DNA of 64,000 nucleotides, from NCBI GenBank assembly GCA_020137815.1, contig CM035360.1:186001-250000 (forward strand), written 5' to 3'. Within the stretch, counting starts at the first letter, position 1, and each line of letters opens with the position of its first letter. Of the stretch, positions 62,843 through 64,000 are shown one piece after another. Under the pieces are notes generated by a model. The model was not told the origin of the DNA. It did not search any database and saw only the letters and a program-made list of their open reading frames with translations. The position numbers were made by a program, and so were the translations under genes. This stretch comes from Hormiphora californensis (lineage: Eukaryota; Animalia; Ctenophora).

Positions 62843-64000
62843 TTAATCTATATTATATTTGTTTTTACCCATGATATCTTCTGATCTAAAATTCGTGCCT
62901 TATTCTTTAATAACTACACGTACTGGACTGAAGGTATATAATGCATAGGACATCTAAGGTCTTTAAGAGTTTAAGAAAAATCCAAAAACCAAAGATTCTC
63001 CTCCACGCCCCACGATTCAGTGATTCACTTCCTGATTTGGCAGCCAACGACGTCGGAGTCATGTTCGAGGGTGGTGCGAATTCGTCACGCGCTACGTACA
63101 GGGGATTGCGTGACGTGCCCAACTTCCTGACGGTGATTTTTTGGGCAACTATGGCACCAAAAACGAACGTCTATGTCACAAAAGGTTTTCTCCTGGCTTA
63201 CCCTAGCTGTATATTATATCCTAGATAGCTCTCTTTTCCACACACACTCTCGCTCTCCGTGACACACATTGCCCATTGTTAGACAGTATAATAAGGTGAG
63301 GTAACTGATGGCTTGCTAGCCTGTCTGTCACCATCAATGTTAAAGCTTTCTATCGTTCTCTCTCTCCCTCTCTCTCGCTCTCTCCCTCTCTCTCCCTCTC
63401 TCTCACTCACTCGCTCTCGAACTATAATTTCCTTTGCGGCTTTGAGATTGCGAGAGCTAAACGGGAAAATCTTTTATAGATCACTGTGCTTTTAGCTGTA
63501 CTTGGAATCTTGGATTTGTGCCATTTTAAGATATAACGTTATACTAATGACATTGTGTTTAATCATAACATTCATGAATTTTCTAAATTTCCTATCTTTT
63601 ACCCATTACCCATTACCCAACCTTTCGTCTTCTGGGGAGTACAAAGACAGATATGAACAGTTCAAAGAAAAAATCCTTCAGTTCTCTTAGACTTTACAGT
63701 TACAATACATATTTTGTGCTTGTTTGAATTCAAAAACACTATTTGGTTTCTCTTGGACAGCACGTTGCATGTGTGACGACCCTTGATAGCTAATTTAAGC
63801 CATGTTACCATGTGCCATTCTTCTCATCCTGCTGCGGTCTGGTTTGGCTGCATCTGACACAGGTTTGTCGGGGGGGGGTGTGGTTTGTCCAATAAAGATC
63901 TTTCAGAGCATTAGCCTGGCAAATATAAACGAAGGATAATATCTGACAGGCCTGAGCTTCGTTTGCATTCGAGTCTGTACTGAATTCAATATATACAACT

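Overview
This is intron-rich animal genomic DNA, not prokaryotic. It has GT-AG introns, long (AG)n microsatellites and a 100-N gap at 48082-48181. The 109-bp element translating as 'EPTETSKQPIRTRYLGHVTGYQPIRDQY' is one I recall from Pleurobrachia-type ctenophore gene models, so a cydippid ctenophore is a tentative, unverified assignment. Genes were reconstructed by hand with splice-phase checks: (1) a long minus-strand low-complexity gene (~2.3-25.9 kb) with an intronless SLC22-like transporter, and probably a multi-TM gene, nested in its introns; (2) an intronless rhodopsin-class GPCR; (3) a 4-exon GPI-anchored Ly6/uPAR-like protein; (4) a 6-exon 7TM protein with an antisense permuted-papain (LRAT/PPPDE-like) gene inside an intron; (5) a calmodulin-like gene; (6) a MATH-BTB gene split by a 5'-truncated Penelope-like retroelement; plus several MITE families. 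Two observations stand out. First, most of the large tandem arrays are amplified exon-intron junctions, giving 5 to ~170 near-identical donor or acceptor sites per junction in four genes. Second, the calmodulin locus has one set of N-lobe exons followed by three separate, intact C-lobe terminal cassettes, implying calmodulin isoforms with swappable C-lobes. All gene models are manual and need RNA-seq confirmation.
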